Shown here: piece after piece, positions 56,141 through 63,998 of the stretch | Numbering within the stretch: position 1 is the stretch's first letter | How the letters are laid out: each line of letters begins with the position of its first letter | Virus record (IMG/VR): IMGVR_UViG_3300023184_002375 | Span: 1,725 to 65,724 of that record | From: a virus | Taxonomy: Duplodnaviria > Caudoviricetes | Reading direction: 5' to 3' (one strand) | DNA: 64,000 nt | Made by a program: the position numbers and the translations under genes | Notes under the pieces: model-generated | Seen by the model: only the letters and a program-made list of their open reading frames with translations | What the model was told of the DNA's origin: nothing | Database searches by the model: none

Positions 56141-57055
56141 ATGTCTAAGTTTTATAAAAGAATTCTTAGCCCCAATAGGCCTGCTGATCCTACATTAACT
56201 GATGCTACCGGATTATGGAATACACGTGATCAAAGATTATCTCGCGCCGACGGCATATGGCCTAATGGTGTGATCCCAACTATTAATTACCTAGTTGTAG
56301 GCGGTGGCGGTGGTGGCGGCTATACTTATATAGGTGGTGGTGGCGGCGGCGGTGGCGGCGGCGCCGGCGGATTGATTACAGGTTCTTTTGGCCCTACATA
56401 TAACCAATCTTTATTACCGTATGGATATACATTGACTATTTCTATAGGAGGTGGCGGAACTGGCGGCGCCGGTCCGGGCGCTCGAGGCAGTAATGGTGGT
56501 AACAGCTCAATTACAGGTCAATACTTAAATTTAATTGCCTATGGTGGTGGTGGTGGAGGTGGTGGCTCAGGTAATACCGGTAGTACTGGTGCAGATGGCG
56601 GATCAGGTGGCGGTGGATCAGGTGGCTATCCTGGATTTGGTAGTGCATCTGGTGGAGGCGCAGCAACACAACCTTCATCAATTTATGGTGGATATGGTAA
56701 TGCGGGTGGATACTCAGCTGCTACACCCGGTGCAGGCGGTGGCGGTGCGGGCGGCGGAGCCACGGGTGTCAACGCTGCTAATGGCGGCGTTGGCCGTTAT
56801 ATTAATATAGCAAATGCATCTAGTTACTCTGGAACATTTGCTGCTGGCGGATCTCAAAATGCTAGTTCTACCGTTCTTGGAGGCGGCGCTGCTCCGGGCA
56901 ATCCAAACGGCAACATTGGGAAAAACGGAGTTGTTATATTATGGTGGCCTTTGACATATATCAGACCAACTAGCATAACAGGTACATATACAACAAGTAA
57001 AGAAAATGAATATAGAATATACAAATTCACCAGTGCAGGTTCAATAAGATTCTAA
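56141..57055 (+). CDS. Glycine-rich adhesin-like protein (304 aa)
   Basis: INYLVVGGGGGGG...GKNGVVILWWP...YRIYKFTSAGSIRF glycine-rich domain. Confidence 0.8.
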   Translation: MSKFYKRILSPNRPADPTLTDATGLWNTRDQRLSRADGIWPNGVIPTINYLVVGGGGGGGYTYIGGGGGGGGGGAGGLITGSFGPTYNQSLLPYGYTLTISIGGGGTGGAGPGARGSNGGNSSITGQYLNLIAYGGGGGGGGSGNTGSTGADGGSGGGGSGGYPGFGSASGGGAATQPSSIYGGYGNAGGYSAATPGAGGGGAGGGATGVNAANGGVGRYINIANASSYSGTFAAGGSQNASSTVLGGGAAPGNPNGNIGKNGVVILWWPLTYIRPTSITGTYTTSKENEYRIYKFTSAGSIRF

Positions 57056-57059
57056 TAAT

Positions 57060-58943
57060 ATGAGTAATAATCCTAGAAATATAATCCAACGTTATTATGT
57101 TACAGCACTCGATTACAGTAATCAGAATGGAGTTTGGAAAACTAAAGATTTGATGCAGTTAACATCTGTTTCATCTCGTATCAATTATCCAATAGAATAT
57201 CTAGTGGTTGCAGGAGGTGGTGGTGGTGCTTGGTATGGAGGTGGCGGTGGTGCTGGAGGATATGTAAGTGGTAGTGGATACATCCCTGTAAGTGATCCCG
57301 GTCGAGTTTTGGTTACGATAGGAGCTGGTGGAACATCTGGTAATCGTGTTATTGGACAAACTGGACAAAATTCAGCATTTGGTGAGATAAGAGCCTATGG
57401 CGGCGGAGGTGGTACATATTCGGGTGTTCCTGGCCATGCTAGTGGTGGCGGATCGGGCGGCGGCGGCCCAACAAATGCAACAATTGCCTATAGTCAAGGA
57501 TATGGGGTATATCCTGGATCTCCTTACTTAAATCTGCCCCGCCAGGGATATGATGGCGGCAACGGTACTACTGGAAATTACGACTATGCCGGCGGCGGAG
57601 GCGGCGCTGGAGGCCCGGGTACTGCTGGTAGTAATCCGAGTTCTGCCCCAGGCGGTGCAGGACTATCAAATTCTATTACAGGTACCGCAACTTATTACTC
57701 TGGGGGTGGCGGTGGCGGCGGGTGGCAGGGCGCGGGAGCAGGCGGATTGGGCGGCGGCGGATCTGGTGGATCTGGTGGTGCTACTGGTACAAATGGTGGT
57801 GCTGGCACACCTAACACCGGTGGTGGCGGTGGTGGCGGCGGATATGATCCTGCAGTCGGTGGTGGTGGTGGATCTGGTGTTGTTATTATTCGTTATTTAG
57901 ACATATATCCAGCTGCGGTTAGTACAACCGGCCTAGCAATCGGGTATCCAATAGTTTCGGGCGGATATAGAATATATAAATGGAATAGTTCTGGTAGTAT
58001 AAATTTTATTACTGCTACTGGAACTATGAGTTTTGGTCAACGAGCTTATACTACCCCAGGAACATATATATGGGTAGCACCAGTGGGAGTATTTAGTGTA
58101 TCAGTTGTTGCAATTGGTGGTGGTGGTACAGGTGGACTACAATATTACAGCAGTCCTAGTTATGGCAGCACTGGAGCTGGTGGCGGTGGTGGCGCATTAG
58201 CCTATGTAAATGATATCCCTGTAGTACCTGGAAATTCATACACTGTAATAGTTGGCTCAGGTGGTATAGCGCCCACTACAGGCGAACGAACTCCTTCACC
58301 GCCCGGAGGCTCAGATGGTGGTAATTCATCTTTTGATATTGACAAAGTAGTAGCAGGAGGCGGCAAAGGTGGCGGCGCCGCAAATGGATCTGCTAATGCT
58401 ATTGGTGGTGCAGGTGGTACGGTAATTGTTGGCACAGGTGGTGCTGGCGGTGCTGGCGGTAATGGTGATCTCAGCGTAATTGGTAGCGGTGGCGGTGGCG
58501 GTGCTGGCGGATATTCTGGTGCTGGCGGAACTGGCGGTGGTAGTGGCGTCCAGGCCGGCGGCGCCGCCGCAGCAACTAGCGGCGGCGCCGGAGGTGGATC
58601 ATCGGGCACTGTTGGTAATGGTGGATATCGTGTTAATGGAGGATCTGGCGGCGGTGTTGGCATATTTGGAAAAGGTTCAACTGGAGCAGCAACAAATACG
58701 CCAACTAATGGCGTTGCTGAGCCCACTTCGTATGGTGGATTCTCTGGTAGTGGCGGCCTTGATGGTGCTATTAGTATTATGACAGCACCAGTATGGACAG
58801 CGGGCGGCGCAGCAGGAACATACGGCGGTGGCGGAGCCGGGCAAGATATTGCTTCAGCCATAGCTAACGGCGGTGGTGGCGCAGTTAGAATTATTTGGGG
58901 ACCTGGCCGTGCATTTCCATCAACACTGGCTCAAGATGTTTGA
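57060..58943 (+). CDS. Tandem glycine-rich domain adhesin-like protein (627 aa)
   Basis: Two glycine-rich domains: IEYLVVAGGGGG...GGSGVVIIRY and YTTPGTYIWVAP.GV.SVSVVAIGGGG...GGGAVRIIWGPGRAFP. Confidence 0.8.
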   Translation: MSNNPRNIIQRYYVTALDYSNQNGVWKTKDLMQLTSVSSRINYPIEYLVVAGGGGGAWYGGGGGAGGYVSGSGYIPVSDPGRVLVTIGAGGTSGNRVIGQTGQNSAFGEIRAYGGGGGTYSGVPGHASGGGSGGGGPTNATIAYSQGYGVYPGSPYLNLPRQGYDGGNGTTGNYDYAGGGGGAGGPGTAGSNPSSAPGGAGLSNSITGTATYYSGGGGGGGWQGAGAGGLGGGGSGGSGGATGTNGGAGTPNTGGGGGGGGYDPAVGGGGGSGVVIIRYLDIYPAAVSTTGLAIGYPIVSGGYRIYKWNSSGSINFITATGTMSFGQRAYTTPGTYIWVAPVGVFSVSVVAIGGGGTGGLQYYSSPSYGSTGAGGGGGALAYVNDIPVVPGNSYTVIVGSGGIAPTTGERTPSPPGGSDGGNSSFDIDKVVAGGGKGGGAANGSANAIGGAGGTVIVGTGGAGGAGGNGDLSVIGSGGGGGAGGYSGAGGTGGGSGVQAGGAAAATSGGAGGGSSGTVGNGGYRVNGGSGGGVGIFGKGSTGAATNTPTNGVAEPTSYGGFSGSGGLDGAISIMTAPVWTAGGAAGTYGGGGAGQDIASAIANGGGGAVRIIWGPGRAFPSTLAQDV

Positions 58944-58967
58944 CATAGCTATCGAATAGTGTATAAT
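58940..58967 (+). promoter_or_regulatory. Consensus sigma70 promoter (TTGACA-16 nt-TATAAT) for the glycosyltransferase gene
   Basis: TTGACA 58940-58945 and TATAAT 58962-58967; the -35 box overlaps the TGA stop of the upstream ORF. Confidence 0.85.
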
Positions 58968-58978
58968 TAATAGCATAT

Positions 58979-61900
58979 ATGAAAATTGCTATTATAGATA
59001 TTATCGGAATACCCTACGATGGTAATACCATAGATAATCAGGGATTAGGTGGCAGCGAAAGTGCTGTAACACTCATGGCCTATGAATTGGCACAAATTGG
59101 GTTTGATGTAACTGTATTCAATAATTGTGGTATTGATCATGCAAAACCTGGAAATTATCAAGGTGTTGAATATCGTACACTTACTGAATTAGCCAAAGAC
59201 CATGTTTTTGATATTGTTATAAGCTCAAGAACTGTAATTCCATTTACTGATCCTAAAGACTACGAAAGGCTTGGTGATAGTAGAGCATACCCATTCCATG
59301 ATATGAATCTTTATGATAGGATACTCGCTAAAGCTACTATGCGTATATTGTGGATGCATGATACATTCTGTCTCGGAGATAATATCATTGAAGAACTTGC
59401 TGTAGCTAATCGTATTACAGATATATTCACACTCAGTGACTTTCACCTAACTTATGTGGCTAACTGCCATCATGGACGTAGACGTAATTTTGAAGTACTA
59501 AAACGTAAGATGTTTATCACACGCAATGGTGCTAGAAATTACAGAAAAGAAATTGATATCAAAGCTAAGGATCCTAACTTATTTGTATATAATGCCAGTG
59601 TAACCAAAGGTATGATCCCACTAGTGAATCATATTTGGCCCAAGATAACAGCAATGATACCTAGTGCTAGATTAAAAGTTATAGGTGGTTATTATAGATT
59701 TAGTGAAAGTTCTGAACCAGATCAACAAGAAAAAGATTGGCGCAGGATGGCGGCTGATCCACGTAATACGGAACTTGGTATAGAATATACAGGTGTTATT
59801 CCTCAACGAGAAATTGCTGATATACTTACATTGGCAAATTTTATGATCTACCCTTCGGCATTTCCTGAAACGTTTGGTATATCATCATTAGAAAGTTTAC
59901 TCTACAATACTCCTATACTTACTTGTAGATTTGGAGCATTGGAAGAAATTGCTCTAGAAGGTGCCTGTTATCATATTGATTATTCTATAGAGCCTAATGG
60001 CTTGTTCCCTGATATTAATACCACTGAACAAATTAATAAGTTTGTGGCAATGACTGTACAAGCATACCACAATAGATATCTACATCAACAAAAACAATAC
60101 TACTGTAACATTGTTAAAGATATTGCAGGATGGGATAGTGTTGCCCTACAGTGGAAACAGTTTATGGCCCAACGTCTGGGCAAATATCTATCTAAAGACA
60201 GCTATCGTCGAGTATCTAAAATTAATCGTAGAGTACATAAAATTTGGAATCGTAGGTTTACTAATACCATTGAATTGGAAAACTATAAATCCGGTAATGA
60301 ACAAAAGATAATAATTATCAGTCCCTTCTATAATTGTGCTGAATACATTTCTCGTTGTATAACTAGTGTGGCTACACAGGACTATGATAACTATGAGCAC
60401 ATTTTAATTGATGATGCTAGTACAGATAACACAGTAGAAGTTATAATAGAAACACTAAGACCGATGCCAGCAGATATTAGAAATAAGTTCACACTTATTT
60501 CAAATACGGAGAATTTAGGCGCAGTTAGAAATCAAATACAAAACATAAGATCAATAGTCAAGGATGATAACGCCATTGTTATGTTAATAGATGGTGATGA
60601 TAGTCTTATTAATGATAATACTATATTCTCATATTATAATTCTATCTATGATGGTACTACGGAATTTACCTATGGTAGTTGTTGGAGCATGATTGATAAC
60701 ATTCCATTAATTAGTCAACCATATCCTGAAGCAATTAAACAAAGTAAATCCTATAGAGATCATCATTTTAATTGGATATTACCTTATACACATTTAAGAA
60801 CATTTAAGAAATCATTATTAAATAATATTGATGATAGTTCATTTAAAGATAGCAACGGTAATTGGTATAAGGCTGGTGGTGATGGAAGTGTATTTTATGC
60901 ATTGATAGAGGAAGCAGATCCCAATCGAGTAAAATGTTTAACTGATGTAGTTTATAATTATAATGATACAAGTCCGTTAAATGATTATAAAGTTAATGCA
61001 GAAGAACAAAATAAAAATGCAAGAGAGATAGTACAAAAAATGATTCAACCTAAAAAAAAAATACTTATAGCAATTCCAACAGCTAAGAATATTGAACCAG
61101 ATACATTTAAAAGTATCTATGATCTTATTGTGCCTGATGGATATGAAACTATGTTTCAATTTTTCTATGGATATAATATAGATCAAGTACGTAATTTAAT
61201 AGCAAGTTGGGTAGTAAATGGATTTGATTATCTATTTTCTGTAGATAGTGATATTGCATTTGCACCAGATACGTTGGCTAAATTATTAGCACACGATAAA
61301 GATGTGGTAAGTGGATTATATATACAACGTAAGCCGGGTCAACATATTTTAGAAATATACGAACATACATCAACTGGTGGTGTAACTAATATGCCTTATG
61401 GAAAATTAAAAGGCAGATCTTTAGTAGAAGTAGCAGGTTGCGGATTTGGATGTACTTTAGTCAAAGCAGAAGTATTGAGAACTATAGGATATCCCCAATT
61501 TAAATATCATAGTGCTATAAGTATCAACGATACAGTATCCGAAGATGTAGATTTCAGTATTAAGGCACGAGATCGTGGATTTAAAATTTGGGCAGATCCT
61601 ACTATATTATGTAGACATATAGGAAGTTTTACATTTAGTGTAGATACAAATATACCAGCAATTGACACACATTCAAATATAGTTGACATTAAACAATTTC
61701 TAAGAGAATTGCGAGATCCATATCCATTTCCACCTGCACATATAGAGTACTTGACTAAATTAAAAGAACAAGGAGAAAATCCAAAGGTTATATATGACAT
61801 TGGTGCATGTGTGTTACATTGGACAGATAGAGTTAAGAACATTTGGCCTGAAGCGGAAGTTATAGCATTTGAAGCAGCAGATGTACACGAATTCTTATAT

Positions 61901-62353
61901 CAAGAAGCTGGTATAAAATACTTTATAGGAGTATTAAGTGATCAAAGTGGTAAAGAAGTAGACTTCTATCAAAATAATGAAGCACCGGGCGGCAATAGCT
62001 ATTACAGAGAAAATCCTGAAATTCAACCAGCAGCAGCAACTTTGTACAGCGACAAGTATGTTAGAAAACTTAAAACTATTGCACTAGATGCAGTAGTAAG
62101 CCTTAATCAATATCCACCACCAGATCTAATTAAAATGGATGTACAGGGCGCAGAAATGGATGTTCTTAAAGGTGCCCAAGAAACTATTAAAACAGCTAAA
62201 CATATTATATTAGAATTGCAGATAGTAGAGTATAACAAAGGTGCTCCATTAAAAGATATTGTAATTGAGTATATGGATTCACTGGGCTACGATTGCTTAG
62301 GATTGTTTAGCAATAACGGTCCAGATGGCGACTATCATTTCGTGCGTAGATAA
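58979..62353 (+). CDS. Fusion enzyme: GT4-like (GT-B) + GT2 + second GT-A-like domain + FkbM-family methyltransferase
   Basis: GLGGSE and PETFGISSLE (ExxxxxxxE) for GT-B; IISPFYN...LIDDASTD for GT2; ILIAIP...DYLFSVDSD (DxD) for GT-A; VIYDIGA...LIKMDVQGAE for FkbM. No signal peptide or TM segment seen. Confidence 0.88.
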   Translation: MKIAIIDIIGIPYDGNTIDNQGLGGSESAVTLMAYELAQIGFDVTVFNNCGIDHAKPGNYQGVEYRTLTELAKDHVFDIVISSRTVIPFTDPKDYERLGDSRAYPFHDMNLYDRILAKATMRILWMHDTFCLGDNIIEELAVANRITDIFTLSDFHLTYVANCHHGRRRNFEVLKRKMFITRNGARNYRKEIDIKAKDPNLFVYNASVTKGMIPLVNHIWPKITAMIPSARLKVIGGYYRFSESSEPDQQEKDWRRMAADPRNTELGIEYTGVIPQREIADILTLANFMIYPSAFPETFGISSLESLLYNTPILTCRFGALEEIALEGACYHIDYSIEPNGLFPDINTTEQINKFVAMTVQAYHNRYLHQQKQYYCNIVKDIAGWDSVALQWKQFMAQRLGKYLSKDSYRRVSKINRRVHKIWNRRFTNTIELENYKSGNEQKIIIISPFYNCAEYISRCITSVATQDYDNYEHILIDDASTDNTVEVIIETLRPMPADIRNKFTLISNTENLGAVRNQIQNIRSIVKDDNAIVMLIDGDDSLINDNTIFSYYNSIYDGTTEFTYGSCWSMIDNIPLISQPYPEAIKQSKSYRDHHFNWILPYTHLRTFKKSLLNNIDDSSFKDSNGNWYKAGGDGSVFYALIEEADPNRVKCLTDVVYNYNDTSPLNDYKVNAEEQNKNAREIVQKMIQPKKKILIAIPTAKNIEPDTFKSIYDLIVPDGYETMFQFFYGYNIDQVRNLIASWVVNGFDYLFSVDSDIAFAPDTLAKLLAHDKDVVSGLYIQRKPGQHILEIYEHTSTGGVTNMPYGKLKGRSLVEVAGCGFGCTLVKAEVLRTIGYPQFKYHSAISINDTVSEDVDFSIKARDRGFKIWADPTILCRHIGSFTFSVDTNIPAIDTHSNIVDIKQFLRELRDPYPFPPAHIEYLTKLKEQGENPKVIYDIGACVLHWTDRVKNIWPEAEVIAFEAADVHEFLYQEAGIKYFIGVLSDQSGKEVDFYQNNEAPGGNSYYRENPEIQPAAATLYSDKYVRKLKTIALDAVVSLNQYPPPDLIKMDVQGAEMDVLKGAQETIKTAKHIILELQIVEYNKGAPLKDIVIEYMDSLGYDCLGLFSNNGPDGDYHFVRR

Positions 62354-62355
62354 CA

Positions 62356-62361
62356 TAAATA
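62356..62361 (+). promoter_or_regulatory. Late-promoter-like TAAATA
   Basis: Intergenic, upstream of the nuclease gene. Confidence 0.6.
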
Positions 62362-62384
62362 TTGGTAGTTAATTAAGGACTATC

Positions 62385-63200
62385 ATGAAAAAACTACTAA
62401 CCATTGCTCTGCTATTCCTAGCAGGGTTGGCTCAGGCCTGGGAACAACGGGCTCCACTACCACCACAGGCATGTCAGGTACATAGCCCATACGGCTTTGC
62501 ACAAACACAACGAGCAGCACAACCTATTTGCCGTGAAGCATATTTGGTAGCATATGATGCTCCTGTAAAGATTCCTGTATACGTAGCATACACATTGCTA
62601 CCACAAAACGCACTAGGTTGCTTTCCACGTACCAATGCGTTTGTTGCTGACCAAAGCCTAGGCGGTACAGGTGCTAGACCAGATGACTATGCTGGCACAG
62701 GCTATGACAAAGGCCACGGTGCACCAGATGGTGATCTAAGCTGGACACAACAAGTCGAGTACGAAAGTTTCTTAATGACTAATATGTATCCACAACATGG
62801 ATCATTAAACAGAGGAATTTGGAAACTATTAGAAACAAGTGTACGTGGTTGGGCAGTACAACTCAATCAACCATTTACAATCTACGTTGGTGCTATATAC
62901 GGACAAGGTGATACTGCTATCGGCAACGGTGTTATTGTGCCACACGGCTACTATAAGATTGTAATCAACAATGCAACAGGTGAAGTTTTGGGTTGGAGAT
63001 TCCCCCATACAAAACCATATGTTAACTTAGGCAACGACTTAACTAAGTTCCGTCAACCGATTGCTAATATTATGCAAGAATCCGGCGTTAAGTATGCTTT
63101 TCCACCTAACGCTAAAGAAATAGCACCCGGCCAAGAATGGCCTGTAGATTTTGGAGCACTAACTAATGCAAAACGAGCCAAATGCAAATCAGCCGACTGA
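62385..63200 (+). CDS. DNA/RNA non-specific endonuclease (NucA/EndA-like His-Me finger) with Sec signal peptide
   Basis: DKGH (DRGH-type active site), SFLMTNMYPQ..SLNRGIWK.LE motif; N-terminal MKKLLTIALLFLAGLAQA signal peptide; AAGGA SD. Confidence 0.9.
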   Translation: MKKLLTIALLFLAGLAQAWEQRAPLPPQACQVHSPYGFAQTQRAAQPICREAYLVAYDAPVKIPVYVAYTLLPQNALGCFPRTNAFVADQSLGGTGARPDDYAGTGYDKGHGAPDGDLSWTQQVEYESFLMTNMYPQHGSLNRGIWKLLETSVRGWAVQLNQPFTIYVGAIYGQGDTAIGNGVIVPHGYYKIVINNATGEVLGWRFPHTKPYVNLGNDLTKFRQPIANIMQESGVKYAFPPNAKEIAPGQEWPVDFGALTNAKRAKCKSAD

Positions 63201-63270
63201 TAATGATTATCCGGTATACCCGGAGGACGATGGTACAGATAGACCCTGTAATCCATATAGTCCAGTATAG
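63166..63270 (+). CDS. 34-aa acidic/Pro-rich small ORF overlapping the nuclease 3' end
   Basis: Read by hand: MQNEPNANQPTDNDYPVYPEDDGTDRPCNPYSPV*, with GGAG at 63153-63156, 9 nt before ATG 63166. Below the ORF-track cutoff. Confidence 0.5.
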   Translation: MQNEPNANQPTDNDYPVYPEDDGTDRPCNPYSPV

Positions 63271-63274
63271 AACA

Positions 63275-63364
63275 CCTACCTTAGGTTCCGTTGGAAGCCA
63301 CGGCTAAAGGCGTCCGCGAAATTTCACTCTCCCGCGTAGTGGAGGCCGTATAAAGTAAGCGGCA
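63275..63364 (+). ncRNA. Candidate structured RNA element (unassigned)
   Basis: GC-rich island in an AT-rich genome with several possible helices (CCTTAG/CTAAAGG, CCGT.GG/CCACGG, CGCG/CGCG, CACT/AGTG, GCCG/CGGC). Strand and family not established. Confidence 0.35.
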
Positions 63365-63365
63365 C

Positions 63366-63371
63366 TAAATA
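63366..63371 (+). promoter_or_regulatory. Late-promoter-like TAAATA
   Basis: Upstream of 63378. Confidence 0.55.
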
Positions 63372-63377
63372 CATATT

Positions 63378-63782
63378 ATGAAGATCACAGAGTTATTAGT
63401 TGAAGGCCGAGAATCTAAAGCGACATTTGTTGATATGTTTAAAAAGTTTCTTCCCTTGGCCATGGAGATATTAGAAATTGATAGACTACCTACGATGAAC
63501 TTTGAACCAGAAGTACACTCAGGTAATCAACCAAGTTTTGGTATGTATGACAATGAAGATAAAATTTTACACGTGGCTATACTCAATCGCCATCCTGTGG
63601 ATATACTTAGGACCGTTGCTCACGAACTTGTACATTATAGACAAGATATTAGAAATGAGCTTAATGATCAAAGCGGTGCTACTGGTAGTCCTGAAGAAAA
63701 TCAAGCACACGAAATTGCCGGTGTTATAATGAGACACTTTAACAAGCAATATCCTGAGTTCTTACGTAGCCACCCAATCTAA
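63378..63782 (+). CDS. Zincin-like HExxH protein (134 aa)
   Basis: ILRTVAHELVHYRQ plus a downstream ENQA glutamate; TAAATA at 63366. Confidence 0.8.
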   Translation: MKITELLVEGRESKATFVDMFKKFLPLAMEILEIDRLPTMNFEPEVHSGNQPSFGMYDNEDKILHVAILNRHPVDILRTVAHELVHYRQDIRNELNDQSGATGSPEENQAHEIAGVIMRHFNKQYPEFLRSHPI

Positions 63783-63790
63783 TCAGTTGT

Positions 63791-63818
63791 AAAAAAGCCC
63801 CGATCTAATGCCGGGGCT
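63791..63818 (-). terminator. Rho-independent terminator (probably bidirectional region)
   Basis: AGCCCCG(63796-63802)-9 nt loop-CGGGGCT(63812-63818) with an A6 tract on the left (U-tract on the minus strand), between convergent genes. A second small hairpin GGAC-TAC-GTCC (63822-63832) is followed by a T-rich tract on the plus strand. Confidence 0.8.
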
Positions 63819-63848
63819 CCTGGACTACGTCCTATATATTTTTTAGTA

Positions 63849-63998
63849 TTATTTTTTAGTAGAGCCTGCATTCACAAATGAATACATTTTTTCTGCTGTC
63901 TCTAGAACTTTATCTAGTCCTGGAAAAGTTGGCATTGCTACTGTACTAACGATTTGACCAGTCTTCTCATCACGAGTAGCAGTCATTTCCCAGCCTTG
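63849..63998 (-). CDS. Hypothetical phage protein, C-terminal part (start lies beyond the window)
   Basis: Reverse frame reads QGWEMTATRDEKTGQIVSTVAMPTFPGLDKVLETAEKMYSFVNAGSTKK*, converging on the terminator at 63791-63818. Confidence 0.7.
   Translation of the reverse strand, partial: QGWEMTATRDEKTGQIVSTVAMPTFPGLDKVLETAEKMYSFVNAGSTKK

Noticed and set aside
63182-63307. Alternative small ORF MQISRLIMIIRYTRRTMVQ...GSHG
   Set aside because: It has no SD, runs into the structured element and has atypical composition. The 63166 frame with a GGAG SD is better supported.
63275-63364. tRNA gene
   Set aside because: No cloverleaf, TΨC or D-loop consensus, or CCA could be fitted.
539-63749. Numerous minus-strand and alternate-frame ORFs of 60-231 aa in the ORF track (e.g. 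12186..12881, 10842..11390, 58202..58861)
   Set aside because: They are shadows of collagen or glycine repeats (few stops in antisense GGN/CAA-rich DNA), have low-complexity products, lack SD signals and lie wholly inside long plus-strand genes.
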